Assembly: GCF_000143415.4 (NCBI RefSeq)
Contig: NW_003314295.1
Coordinates: 1,732,631-1,796,630, forward strand
Direction: 5' to 3'
Origin: Selaginella moellendorffii
Taxonomy: Eukaryota > Plantae > Lycopodiophyta
DNA length: 64,000 nucleotides
The position numbers were made by a program, and so were the translations under genes. Under the pieces are notes generated by a model, which was not told the DNA's origin, made no database searches, and worked only from the letters and a program-made list of their open reading frames with translations. Within the stretch, counting starts at the first letter, position 1. Each line of letters starts with the position of its first letter. Positions 47,975-58,430 of this stretch are shown one piece after another.

Positions 47975-49761
47975 ATGCCGCTGGGGGTATGTGATAGCGC
48001 GGCCGGAATGTCTGGGCTCGTTCCATCGTCCTCGGAGGCAACACCATCTTTGTCAACGCCGCCAGCCTACGAGAGCGATCTCATCTCTTCCGAGAGACAC
48101 GACAGGAGGAATGCCAGTAGCAGGACTAGTAGCGGCAGCAGCCTGAGCAGCGGTGGGAGCTCCGGCGCGCTGCTCGATCAAACGCAGCAGCACAGATTAC
48201 TCCCGGATGGAAGGGATAGCCAGGAAGAACAGGCGTCGCGCGACCAGGGTGGCGAGGGTGGCGAGGGTGGCGATTGCGTGGCTGCCAACGATATCTTCCC
48301 GAGCTATGGATTGGTGTCCTTCATCGGACGCCGCAAGGAGATGGAGGACGCTGCTACCATCGCTGGAGACTTTCTGTCACTTCCCTGTGACATTGCCCGT
48401 CACTCCAGCCAAGATGGTCACCATAGCTCGCACCACTTCTTCGGTGTTTACGATGGGCATGGCGGATCCCAGGTAGTGGCACTCTTCTTCATTGTTTGTT
48501 CTTGATCGTCTTTCCAGGTAGCACACTTTTGCAAGGATCGTCTCCACGTCGCTCTAGTGGAACAGATCAAAGAGTCGATAGCTCTGGCCGGGTTTGCCAG
48601 TGCAAACGAGGTGACGTGCTGGAACACCGTGTGGGAGAAGGCTCTCGAGTCGTGCTTCCTCAAAGTTGACGGCGAGATCGACTCGATGTGCCTGCGGCCA
48701 GGCAACTGCGACAAGTGCGAGGTGAACACGGGCGTTTGCTGCGAGACGGTCGGATCCACCGCGGTCGTCGCCGTGGTGAGCTGCTGCCGGATTGTCATAG
48801 CAAACTGCGGGGACTCGCGGGTGGTTCTTTGCCGCGGTGGTCGGGCCATTCCACTCTCGGTGGATCACAAGGTACGTTCAACACACCCAACTTTGCGTTG
48901 ATCTCTCGTGTTCCAGCCCGAAAAGGAGGATGAGATGCAACGCATCGAGGACGCCGGCGGTCGAGTCATCTTCTGGAACGGCTACCGAGTCATGGGAATG
49001 CTGGCCATGTCCAGAGCGATCGGTGAGCTTTGCCATCTTTCGCTTTGCTTTGCTATAAGTTCCATCTTTCGCTTGTTCTTCGCATTAGTTCCATCTTTGT
49101 TCTTCGCATGCTTTGCTATAAGTTCCATCTTTCGCTTGTTCTTCGCATTAGTTCCATCTTTGTTCTTCGCATGCTTTGCTATAAGTTCCATCTTTCGCTT
49201 GTTCTTCGCATTCTTGCTTGTGGATTGTTTTCGGAGAGAGTGACACAGTCGCATTGGTTTTTTCCAGGCGATCGCTACCTCGACCGCTTCGTCATCCCAA
49301 ACCCGGACGTCAAGTGCGTGGTGAGGAGCGACGAGGATGAGTTTCTAGTCCTGGCCAGCGATGGCTTGTGGGACGTTCTCACCAACGAGCAAGTGTGCGA
49401 GGTGACGAGGATGTGCCTGGCGGGGCGGTGCACCAGCAACCTCGACGCTCTCTCGGCACACACGCACGGCACCGAGACCTCCCACGCCCGCGTCGCCGCC
49501 GCCTACCTCACCAAGCTCGCCTACAATCGCCGCAGCGGCGACAACATCAGCGTGCTCGTCGTGGACTTGAAAAGCGGAGTAGCGGCGGCGGCGGGGATGC
49601 TCTCCTCGGTTTCTATAACTTCCTCCTCCTCTAGCTCTAGTTCTTCGCCCGCGATGCCAGTTTCTACGATGACAAGTACTACTACTACTGCTGCTGCTGC
49701 TTCTACCGCTACCGTCGCTGCTGGATCAACTCCAACATCGGAAGTAGCAGCCACGCCTTGA
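47975..49761 (+). CDS. Clade A PP2C (ABI1/HAB1-like). Exons 47975-48472, 48518-48871, 48917-49022, 49268-49761.
   Basis: [46 protein letters not shown] (ABA-sensing Trp), [14 protein letters not shown]. Confidence 0.95.
49046..49211. repeat. 63-bp minisatellite (~2.6 identical copies) in PP2C intron 3
   Basis: Unit tgctttgctataagttccatctttcgcttgttcttcgcattagttccatctttgttcttcgca. Confidence 0.95.
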
Positions 49762-50062
49762 GAGATTTCTCTTTTCTTATCTACGTTTTCTTTTTTTCTT
49801 CCGCGATCGTTCTCCTCCTCCTTGGTCATCGTCACCTCTTAAGTTTTGGATCTCCTTCCACACGATCTGGCCCAGAGAGACTCGTTCTCTTGTTGAATCA
49901 CTGTGGACTACTATTAACAAACGAATTTGTAAATTTATCTCTTGCTCTTTTTGGTGAGAGGTGCTGCTGGGCTGCCAACGCACACTTCTTTTACCCTTGA
50001 CTCAACACAATCAATGCCAAGTATCGAAGAAAAATAGCTTACCATAGTCCAAATATCAAAGA

Positions 50063-50065
<3 letters not shown>

Positions 50066-50111
<46 letters not shown>
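50066..50111. repeat. (CT)n microsatellite
   Basis: Directly visible run. Confidence 0.95.
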
Positions 50112-50117
<6 letters not shown>

Positions 50118-51307
50118 ATTCGTAGTCGTAGTCGTAGTAAACAAGTGTCAATCAGCGTGGAGTTTTGATTTCTTGTCAAGGCCTGGCCTGGCAGAAGAAA
50201 AACACAGCCACACAAAATGGACCTTCTCTCGGCAGCTCGGAGGAGAATTTGACCAGCAACTAAAAGCTAGGCTATTCCTCTCTCTTGGAGTTTTTAACTC
50301 TTCCAGTATCATCCTCCTTCGTCCGCGTAATTTCTTGTGCTCTGGGCCGAGGAGGGGCGAGAGGCCATTTTTTCAAATCGCCCCCATGGTCCTTGAGGCA
50401 AGCTTCGCCATAAACAATGTTACAACCTCAGTCTCAAGAAGCCGAGCCTTTACAGATGCCCATTCCCGGTATGTGTCTCAGCGTGCGTGAACTATAAACA
50501 AATGGTTGCGGGCTGGCCGGATTAGATTAAACATGACACTTGGGTACATTGGTTACTTTCAAAGCTGTACCATGAATCTTCAGCTATGGCGGCAAAGGCT
50601 TGCTGTGTCACATCTTTTCATTTATAAAAGCTGAAGTAAGCTCTTTGAGGTGATGGGCTTGCTGCGTGGTGGACTGATCCAAGAGGGGTGGACCAACATT
50701 TTGTACTGAACGATGTCCTTGTTTATTATTTATTTATATTTATAGTATATATATAATTATTATATTACTATTATTAGTAGTAGTAGTATTGTCTTTGTGA
50801 TAGAATTCCCCGTGGGGATCATCCTCCACCATTTTGTCTTGAGGATCCATTCATGGGAATGTGAGCGCAATTTGCTAAGTTAAGCGCAGCTCGATTTCAC
50901 ACAACTCAAAGCTGCCGGAAAGATTAAAAACTTTCTCTCTTTCCTGGAGAGGAGCAAAGGTTCTCAAATCCCCATGCAATGGCTGCCATCACCTCAAGCA
51001 GAAGAAACCATTAAAATCGAGAGAGGGATAGATAGACAAGAATATGGTCATGTCATTGAGCGCATCTTCTAGCTTATTTATACCCGTGATTAGATTACGA
51101 TCGATCCTCTCTAGGCTCTAGTTCATCTGCGGTGCTAATAGCTTTTGTTCTTACAGTTTCGAAGGCTATGGTTTATAGTATCTAGTGTGTCTGCGAGTGT
51201 TTGTGTGTGCTTGGACGCGAGCGTTCGTGTTCCTCTTTTGTGTTGTTTTTCACCGGTTCTTTAGCTAGAGAAAACCCAGAGAGGTCAACGCCGCTTCAGA
51301 TCACTCG

Positions 51308-51940
51308 ATGTGCAACATGCCAAGGCGATATCTCTGCGAGATTGTTCTTGTTTTGCTCGCGCTGCAAGCGATCCTGGCTCGCGGCAGATTCAATAGCGAT
51401 GGTAAGAGCTGCAACCCGATAATCTTGTGACTCACACTCGCCTTGTGCTCTAGAGAAACTATGCTGCAGTGACGAGCCACCCGCGAGGAGCGGCGCCAAA
51501 GAATCCTTCCAGGTTTGTGTCTGGATCATCTATCAATACGTAATCGTCTATCTCTTTCGCAGAAGCACAAGGCAGCAAGAGCACCGAGAACATCGAGCAC
51601 AGCTATGGACAAGACAGTGGTTGGATCAACGCCTCCGAGCTGCCTGAACAAATGCGCCTCTTGCACACCGTGTCAGCTCGTCAAGGCTCTGGGGGAGGAC
51701 AAGAAGATCGGATCGAGCCCCCCGAGCTGCAATAACAAGTGCAACGCTTGCGTTCCTTGCCAGGCGGTGCAAACACCCATGTCGTCCTCGAATCCCCGCG
51801 AAGAACACCAAGAACAGCCGCGTGAAGAGCGCGATAATCAAGACGATCGCGAGGTCGGGGAGCACTTCATTGTTGGGTTCTCAAACTACATGCCAGAGAC
51901 TTGGAAGTGTAAATGTGGCAACCAGTTCTTTAGTCCGTAA
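51308..51940 (+). CDS. EPFL: EPF/EPFL secreted Cys-rich peptide (EPFL1-like). Exons 51308-51401, 51454-51512, 51563-51940.
   Basis: Signal peptide YLCEIVLVLLALQAILA; IGSSPPSCNNKCNACVPC...SNYMPETWKCKCGNQFFSP; 52- and 50-nt GT-AG introns keep frame. Confidence 0.92.
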
Positions 51941-52004
51941 GTAGAGCTTAGCTATCTCCAAAATAAAAGGAAACTTTGATAGAGTTTGATCTATCTCGCG
52001 CTTG

Positions 52005-52310
52005 CTAGAATGGCCATAGCTCCTGCGATCCTGTGGCTCCATCTCCATAGTGCGAGCAAGGATCCGCCCCTTGTTGACAACGCTTGCCTTCCTCCACAAC
52101 AAGCTCATCGATGCCTACGGCGGGCGAGAGCTGTTTCCATGCCATGCCCAATGCGAGTGAGAATGCCTTCACCTGAATGTTCATTGTTTCAGCATACAAG
52201 CAAAATGGACCTGAAAGTGGCCTGAGCCATGATCTTGGCAAAGAGCAAAATATCTATTTCTGTATCTTGGACCACTATTTTTTATGACAAAAGAGGGTAT
52301 TTAGCAATTT
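52005..52310 (+). pseudogene. Condensed shadow of the 5' part of PPR 55869-58424
   Basis: gccttcctccacaacaagctcatcgatgcctacggc is identical to 55971-56006; tgtatcttggaccac matches 56351. Confidence 0.9.
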
Positions 52311-52329
52311 TTGCTCCAGGTGATAATTT

Positions 52330-53850
52330 GTGTTGGGTGGTAGAAAATATGCTTGAATCTTCTAGGACTTTTTCAGTTGTTATTTATTTAGATTATGTTG
52401 TGTTTTTTAGTATATTCTTATTCTCCTATCATAAGATTAATTTTGTGTTTATAAATTATACGCTTACTTATAATAACAAACTTTCAACAAACATAAGGAT
52501 ACACATTTTTAAGATAACTTTTATAACTAATTCTCTAACACTCTAAAGTATGAAATAGTAAAGTTGTGAAAACTTATAATATGATTAGTATAAAGAAGTT
52601 ATCTGATTACTTACAAAGATATAACTACATGATTACTCATAAAGATTGAAAAAAAAGTTACATTTAGAATACTTATTTAGCTCTCGTATAAACTTTTATT
52701 TTAGCAAATTTGAGAATTTTTAACTAAATTACACATTAATAAATTTAATTAATAATAGTATTAAACAAAAAGTAAAACATAATTTTTGTTGTATATTAGC
52801 TCATATTGACACTATTATTTATAGTTTATATTGTCCTTGTAACAACCAACAATATTAAATGACCAAAATCTATACAAACAAATCTATTTTATATAACTCT
52901 ACTACAAAATAATAATCATCCAAATCATATTTAAACATACCCTTAAAAATTTCAAATAGTTCTTCAAAGTTATGCATTTTATGTATATAACTATATAAAA
53001 AATTTATTTAATAAGGTTTTTTATTGTTTAACCAACTCATAGAAAAACATTCTATAAACTTGTTTATATTTTAATTTCAGTTTTTATATTTCATATAGAA
53101 AAAAGATTAGGATTTTAATTATGCATTTGTTAGAATTAATTTTTAGCAGATTGCATATGTATGATTTTATGAATATTTTTTCAATAATTTTTGTAAAAGT
53201 TTTACTTTTGGAAATTTTGATTCATATATTTGAATGTATAAAGATTAACTTTGGATAAGTTTAGTTTTCTTAAATTATATGGATATTACATAATAAATAA
53301 TTACTCTCATTTAGTAATTTTTATTCTTTAAAGTCTTCTAAAGGAATAAATATGTTATAATTAGATTTAAGATTGATTAAAATATAATTAAATTTACTAA
53401 TTGAGCCCATCAACTTAAAATTTATATGGTCAAAATCAATAAAGAATAATCTTCTTTAAAATTTTTGTGTTAAAAAAATTTAATTTGTCAAAGTGATTAA
53501 TCTTTGTTTACATTTTTTTGATTGCCTTCTAAAGGAACTACCAACCTTTATTGTTGTTAAATCAATAAATTTTATAGTGGTAATAATCCCTTATGGTGTT
53601 GTAGTAATTAACAAACTAAATGATTATTTTCAGACATATTAAATTATATTATTTTTAAGAAAAATTTAACTAAAAAATTAAATATATATTAACATTAAAA
53701 ATTATGTTCAATTGAAAAATATCCTAAAATATACTTACATTTTCTAAATAAATTCTTATATTGAATCAACATTAATAATTTTGACATAATTTCATAGACA
53801 ATTCTTCTTATATAAAATAGGTATGTTTGTGAAATTTAAATTTTCCATGA
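52330..53850. other. AT-rich block lying between the 5' and 3' PPR shadows
   Basis: Very low GC, almost no CpG. Confidence 0.75.
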
Positions 53851-53859
53851 ACACCCTAG

Positions 53860-54365
53860 GTTGAATATCTTGGAATGCCATTACTACCACAATGGTCTTA
53901 CTGAGCTAGTTGTTAATCTAGATGCCCAACTCAACCAATGCTCATCCCAAAAGAAAGTTTTGCAACACAAAAGATCACTTTGTGTTGATGGCTCTTGACT
54001 TTTCTTTGTTTTGCACCAAGCTACACTTTTGTGAACTTACAATTGTATGTTCTAACTTTACACATTTCAATTTAAGATTTGGAGTTTGATAAAATATAAA
54101 TGAGTTTCAAAAAAGGAAATTTTTTGGCTGTTTTAAATGCTAGCTTAACAATAGCCCTGCCACGTCATCAATTGAGCGTTTCGATTAGCTGGCTAGGTGA
54201 TCGTGCTGAGCAAACTAAATGTAACCACAAGCAAAAGTTGATTAAGCTTTTTCACTTCAATGCTCTCCGTTTGATGTCCTGGACAAAAACTGGTGTGCGA
54301 GCTTCTGCCAGGTTTCACGGCTCCTTTGACTGTGTCGCTCAACTCCTTGGCTCTTTTTCGCAGCT
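53860..54365 (+). pseudogene. Shadow of the PPR 3' end and the PPR/UGT junction (57940-58550)
   Basis: 53860-54031 matches 57940-58163; 54228-54365 matches 58407-58553. Confidence 0.88.
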
Positions 54366-54420
54366 CCAAAAGTCGCATCTAAGTTGGTAGTGAATGAGCA
54401 AGTTTTGTGTATGGAAGCTC

Positions 54421-54815
54421 ATGGATTGCCAGCCTCCGTTCCTGCCCAGGGTCATATACCTGATCATGTCCGCAAGCTCGCCTCGTCATAACTTTCCTCA
54501 AAAGAAGCAATTCAGGTACCTATATATAATCTAGCTAGTTATTCCATTTACACGAGTGCCTTTCATCTGGCCGACTTGGAAGCAGTCTCCATGTATCTCG
54601 AATCTCGATGCGGTGGAGGGCTTTCGAGAAAACCGTGGCGCAGCTCATGGGCGATTCCCAGCGGCCGCCACTCACCTGTATACTCAGTGACTCTCATTGG
54701 GTGGACTCAACAAGGGTGAATTTTGGGACGGGCTGCGGGACACGGGGTCTCGCGTATCTCGTTGCTCGAAAGCAATGGCCTCCTCCCAACACGCGGTAAA
54801 AACCACTTCAATCTA
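54421..54815 (+). pseudogene. Inverted condensed shadow of the UGT 5' half
   Basis: MDCQPP..PAQGHIP and [23 protein letters not shown]; retains the intron donor ggtaaaaaccacttcaatct. Confidence 0.9.
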
Positions 54816-54870
54816 GGCAGACGACTCGGAGATAGTTAAGCTTTACAAGTTTATATAATCAGGGATGGTT

Positions 54871-55443
54871 GCGAAATAGACGATCATAGCTCTCCGCAGA
54901 CGATACGATGATACATTACACGAACCTGGACGGATTCTTTGGCGCGGATGGCTCGTCACTGCAGCATAGTTTCTCTAGAGCACAAGACGAGTGTGCAGCT
55001 CTTACCATCGCTGCTGAATCTGCCGCGAGCCAGGATCGCTTGCAGCACGAGCAAAACAAGAACAATCTCGCAGAGATATCGCTTTCGCAAGTTCCACATT
55101 GAGTGATCTGAAGCGTCGCTGACCTCTCTCTGGGTTTTCGCTAGCTAGGAACCGGTGAAAAACAACACAAAAGAGGACTAGCACACACCAAAGCCTTAGA
55201 AACTGTAAAGGATCGACCATAATCTATAAATACGCTAGAATGCGCTCAATGACATGAAGTCATCCCTCTCTCGATTTTAACGGTAATTGATGGCGGATTG
55301 CATAGCGATTTGAGAACCTTTGTCCCAGAAAAGAGAGAGTTTTTAATCTTTCACCCCGGCAGCTTTGAGTCCAGCTGCGCTTACATTCCCATGAATGGAT
55401 CCTCAAAACAAAATGGTGGAGGATGACCCCCACGGGGAATTCT
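54871..55443 (-). pseudogene. Inverted condensed shadow of the EPFL promoter and exons 1-2 (50802-51560)
   Basis: The reverse complement is collinear with 50802-51560 apart from several deletions. Confidence 0.92.
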
Positions 55444-55726
55444 TACGCGATGTAATGACGTGAATCCAAATTGTCCCAGTCTAGAATCTCCATGGATCGA
55501 AGACACGATCTATTTTTTCGCCACCATCTCTTACAGATGAGGAGGTTACAGAAAGGTCTGATCATCTCTTAGGCTCTCGAGTCAATGTTATCTCTAGATC
55601 ACCATGGGTTGAAAGTTTTCTCAGTGCCATCGATCGCAAGCAGTGCTGGAATGAATCCGTAGTCTCGCATTGCGGATGGAACTCGCAGTTCCCCTGCTGT
55701 GCTTGCCGACCAAATTTTCTAAGTAG

Positions 55727-55840
55727 GAGCTGGAACCCAAACTTCGTTCCAATTGGGCCCTCCGTACTCTCATCCGTACACACCTTTCGTCTCAACAAGC
55801 CTCGCGATTCTCAGTTGCCGATCACGCTCCGTGGAGGCGG
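55727..55840 (+). pseudogene. Inverted UGT mid-gene fragment directly upstream of the PPR ATG
   Basis: gctggaacccaaacttcgttccaat and gccgatcacgctccgtggaggc are the reverse complement of parts of 59107-59199. Confidence 0.85.
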
Positions 55841-55868
55841 CCTAATTACAGTCTACTAAGAATGGGCC

Positions 55869-58424
55869 ATGGATCGAGAGGATTGTCTCCGGCTCCTTCG
55901 ATCCTGCGCTTCCATCTCCGCGGTTCGAGAGGCTCACGCTAGGATCCGCCCCTTTTTGGCGCCAAGCGATGCCTTCCTCCACAACAAGCTCATCGATGCC
56001 TACGGCCGGTGTGGCTGCGCCCAGAGCTCGCGCGCTGTTTTCGATGCCATGCCCGACGCGACCAAGAATCCCTTCTCCTGGACGCTCATCGTTTCGGCCT
56101 ACGCGCGAAATGGGCTTGTTGACGATGCTCGCGTGCTGCTGGATGCGATGCCACATTGCAAAAGAGTGGCCTCCACCACCATGATCTCGGCGTATGCCAG
56201 ACACGGGCATATCGACCGTGCCTGGGACGTGTTTGAGGCGATGCTGGAGAAAGATCTAGTTGCGTGGAACACAATGCTAGATGGGTTTTGTTCTTGTGGC
56301 TTTACGCAAAGAGCAAAACATTTATTCGATTCCATGCCTCGTAAAGATGCTGTATCTTGGACCACCATCTTTACCGCATATGCCAAGGAAGGGTATCTAG
56401 CGGAAGTTGAAGTTTTGTTTCAGAGGATGCCAACGAAAGACCTTGTTTCGTTCAACGCGATGCTAGCGGCTTACGCACGTAATTTTTGTACAGGAGAAGC
56501 TAACCGCTGTTTTATCTCTATGCCACAGCATTGTTTTATTTCTTGGACAACACTCTTTTCAGCATTTGCCACTGTTGGGGATGCTGATCACGCAAACAGC
56601 TTGTTTCAGAGGATGCCGGAGCACGACCTTCTGTCAGCAAATGCAATGCTGGCATTGATGAGCTCGCGTGGAGATACCATCGAAGCAGAAAAACTCTTTT
56701 TTTCAATGCCAAAAAGAGATTTGGCTTCGTGGACCTCCCTCCTTTCGACATATTCTCACGCGGGCGATCTCCAGCAAGCTAGGGCCACATTCGATCGGAT
56801 GCCACAGCGGGATCTCTTCTCCTGGGCAGTGATGATCGGTGCTTACGGTCAGAGCTCACGGCCCCGGGACTCGGAAAAGATCTTCGAGGAAATGCCCGAG
56901 AGAGATATTGTTTCATGGAACTCGATGCTCTCGGCGTGTGCTCGATGTGGACGATCCCTCCAAGCAAAGATTGTTTTTGATCGAATGCCACAGCATAACG
57001 TCGTCTCATGGACGGCGATGCTTTCTCTATATAGCGACATGGGTTGGATCGAGCAAGCCAAGCTACTGTTCGATGGAATCCAAGAGAAAAATCTGGCCGT
57101 CTGGAACGCCATGCTTGCTGCTTATGCTCACAACCGGCTTCTGCCCGAAGCTAGCCAGATATTTCACTCGCTTCCAGAGCACAACATCGTTTCCTCGACA
57201 ATCATGGTTTCGGCTTTAGGCCGAGAAGGGCATGTTGAGGAAGCAATGGACATATTTAACACGGCCGAGGACGACAATATCGTGCTTAAAAACTCCATGC
57301 TCTCTGTGTATGCCCAAAACGGGCATATCCTCAAAGCCAAAGACATGTTTGATAAGATGGGGGAGCGTGATCTTGCGTCGTGGGATATAATGCTATCCGG
57401 CTATCTTCGACATGGAAAGATGCTAGACGAAGCAAGGGATTTGTTTCATAGAATGCCCGAGCAAGACACTCTGTCGGTAACTTCACTGTGCTGCGCATAT
57501 GCCCAAGAGGGGCATATCGAAGAATCCAAGCGCTTGTTTAGAAGAATGCCGGGAATGGATCTGATCTCTTCAACATTGATGCTAAAGAAATTTTCGCAAA
57601 ACGGAGATATCGCCAGTGTAAAGGAGATCTTTGATGCCATACACGAGAAAGACAGCGTTGCATGGAATGTGATGCTCGATGCTTATGGCCGGAGAGGAGA
57701 CTTGGAAGAAATGAAGCTCCTCTTTGATGAAATCCCTCGCTCCGAGGTATCAATGGCGACTTGGAACACGATGCTCTCAGCTTACTCCCAGAGACGCCAT
57801 TTAAAACATTCTCTGGAAGTGTTCCATAGGATTCCCGAGAAGGACGTGATCTCGTGGACGGCTCTTCTCGCAGCCTACGCTCAAAACGGGCATTTCAGCG
57901 AAGCTCGCCGGGTTTTCTATGTGCTCCCAGAACCCGACCGAGTGTCTTGGAATGCCATGATCGCTTCTTACTGCCACAATGGTCTTACGAAGCAAGCTCT
58001 CGACACCTTTCACTCCATGAAGATGGTCCAGATGCCCGACTCTGCAACCTTCGTCTCGGTGCTCATCTCGTGTAGCTCCCAAGGAAAGCTCTGCGACGCG
58101 AGACATCACTTTGTGTCGATGGCTCTCGACTTCTCCTTGCTTTGCACCAAGCAGCACTTTAGCTGCATGATCGATCTCCTCGGCCGGATGGGACGTGTGG
58201 AAGATGCAAAGGAGCTCATCAGCACAATGCCGTTTGTTCCAGACATTCTAGAGTGGGTTTGTCTCCTCGGTGCTTCGCGAAACCACAGCGACGTGACAAA
58301 CACCGCAAGCTCCATCACTGCTTTGAGCAGCCCGAGTGGCCAGGCGATCACATCACATTACGTGCTGCTAGCAAACTTGTATTCACTCGATCAACCAAGC
58401 CTCGTACAAGCAAAAGTTGATTAA
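55869..58424 (+). CDS. Intronless PLS-E PPR protein (851 aa)
   Basis: Long 31-aa repeat array and E domain HFSCMIDLLGRMG..MPFVPD..W..LLGASRNH..YVLLANLY. Confidence 0.94.
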   Translation: MDREDCLRLLRSCASISAVREAHARIRPFLAPSDAFLHNKLIDAYGRCGCAQSSRAVFDAMPDATKNPFSWTLIVSAYARNGLVDDARVLLDAMPHCKRVASTTMISAYARHGHIDRAWDVFEAMLEKDLVAWNTMLDGFCSCGFTQRAKHLFDSMPRKDAVSWTTIFTAYAKEGYLAEVEVLFQRMPTKDLVSFNAMLAAYARNFCTGEANRCFISMPQHCFISWTTLFSAFATVGDADHANSLFQRMPEHDLLSANAMLALMSSRGDTIEAEKLFFSMPKRDLASWTSLLSTYSHAGDLQQARATFDRMPQRDLFSWAVMIGAYGQSSRPRDSEKIFEEMPERDIVSWNSMLSACARCGRSLQAKIVFDRMPQHNVVSWTAMLSLYSDMGWIEQAKLLFDGIQEKNLAVWNAMLAAYAHNRLLPEASQIFHSLPEHNIVSSTIMVSALGREGHVEEAMDIFNTAEDDNIVLKNSMLSVYAQNGHILKAKDMFDKMGERDLASWDIMLSGYLRHGKMLDEARDLFHRMPEQDTLSVTSLCCAYAQEGHIEESKRLFRRMPGMDLISSTLMLKKFSQNGDIASVKEIFDAIHEKDSVAWNVMLDAYGRRGDLEEMKLLFDEIPRSEVSMATWNTMLSAYSQRRHLKHSLEVFHRIPEKDVISWTALLAAYAQNGHFSEARRVFYVLPEPDRVSWNAMIASYCHNGLTKQALDTFHSMKMVQMPDSATFVSVLISCSSQGKLCDARHHFVSMALDFSLLCTKQHFSCMIDLLGRMGRVEDAKELISTMPFVPDILEWVCLLGASRNHSDVTNTASSITALSSPSGQAITSHYVLLANLYSLDQPSLVQAKVD

Positions 58425-58430
58425 ACTTTT

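Noticed and set aside
49046-49211. Regular repeats resembling a CRISPR array or a repeat protein
   Set aside because: Identical head-to-tail units with no unique spacers, inside a spliceosomal intron of a eukaryotic gene.
32653-51940. Functional stomatal/ABA cluster (RLP as TMM, EPFL, PP2C, CRTISO)
   Set aside because: The RLP has an island domain and more LRRs than TMM; unrelated genes intervene; co-location is expected in so dense a genome.
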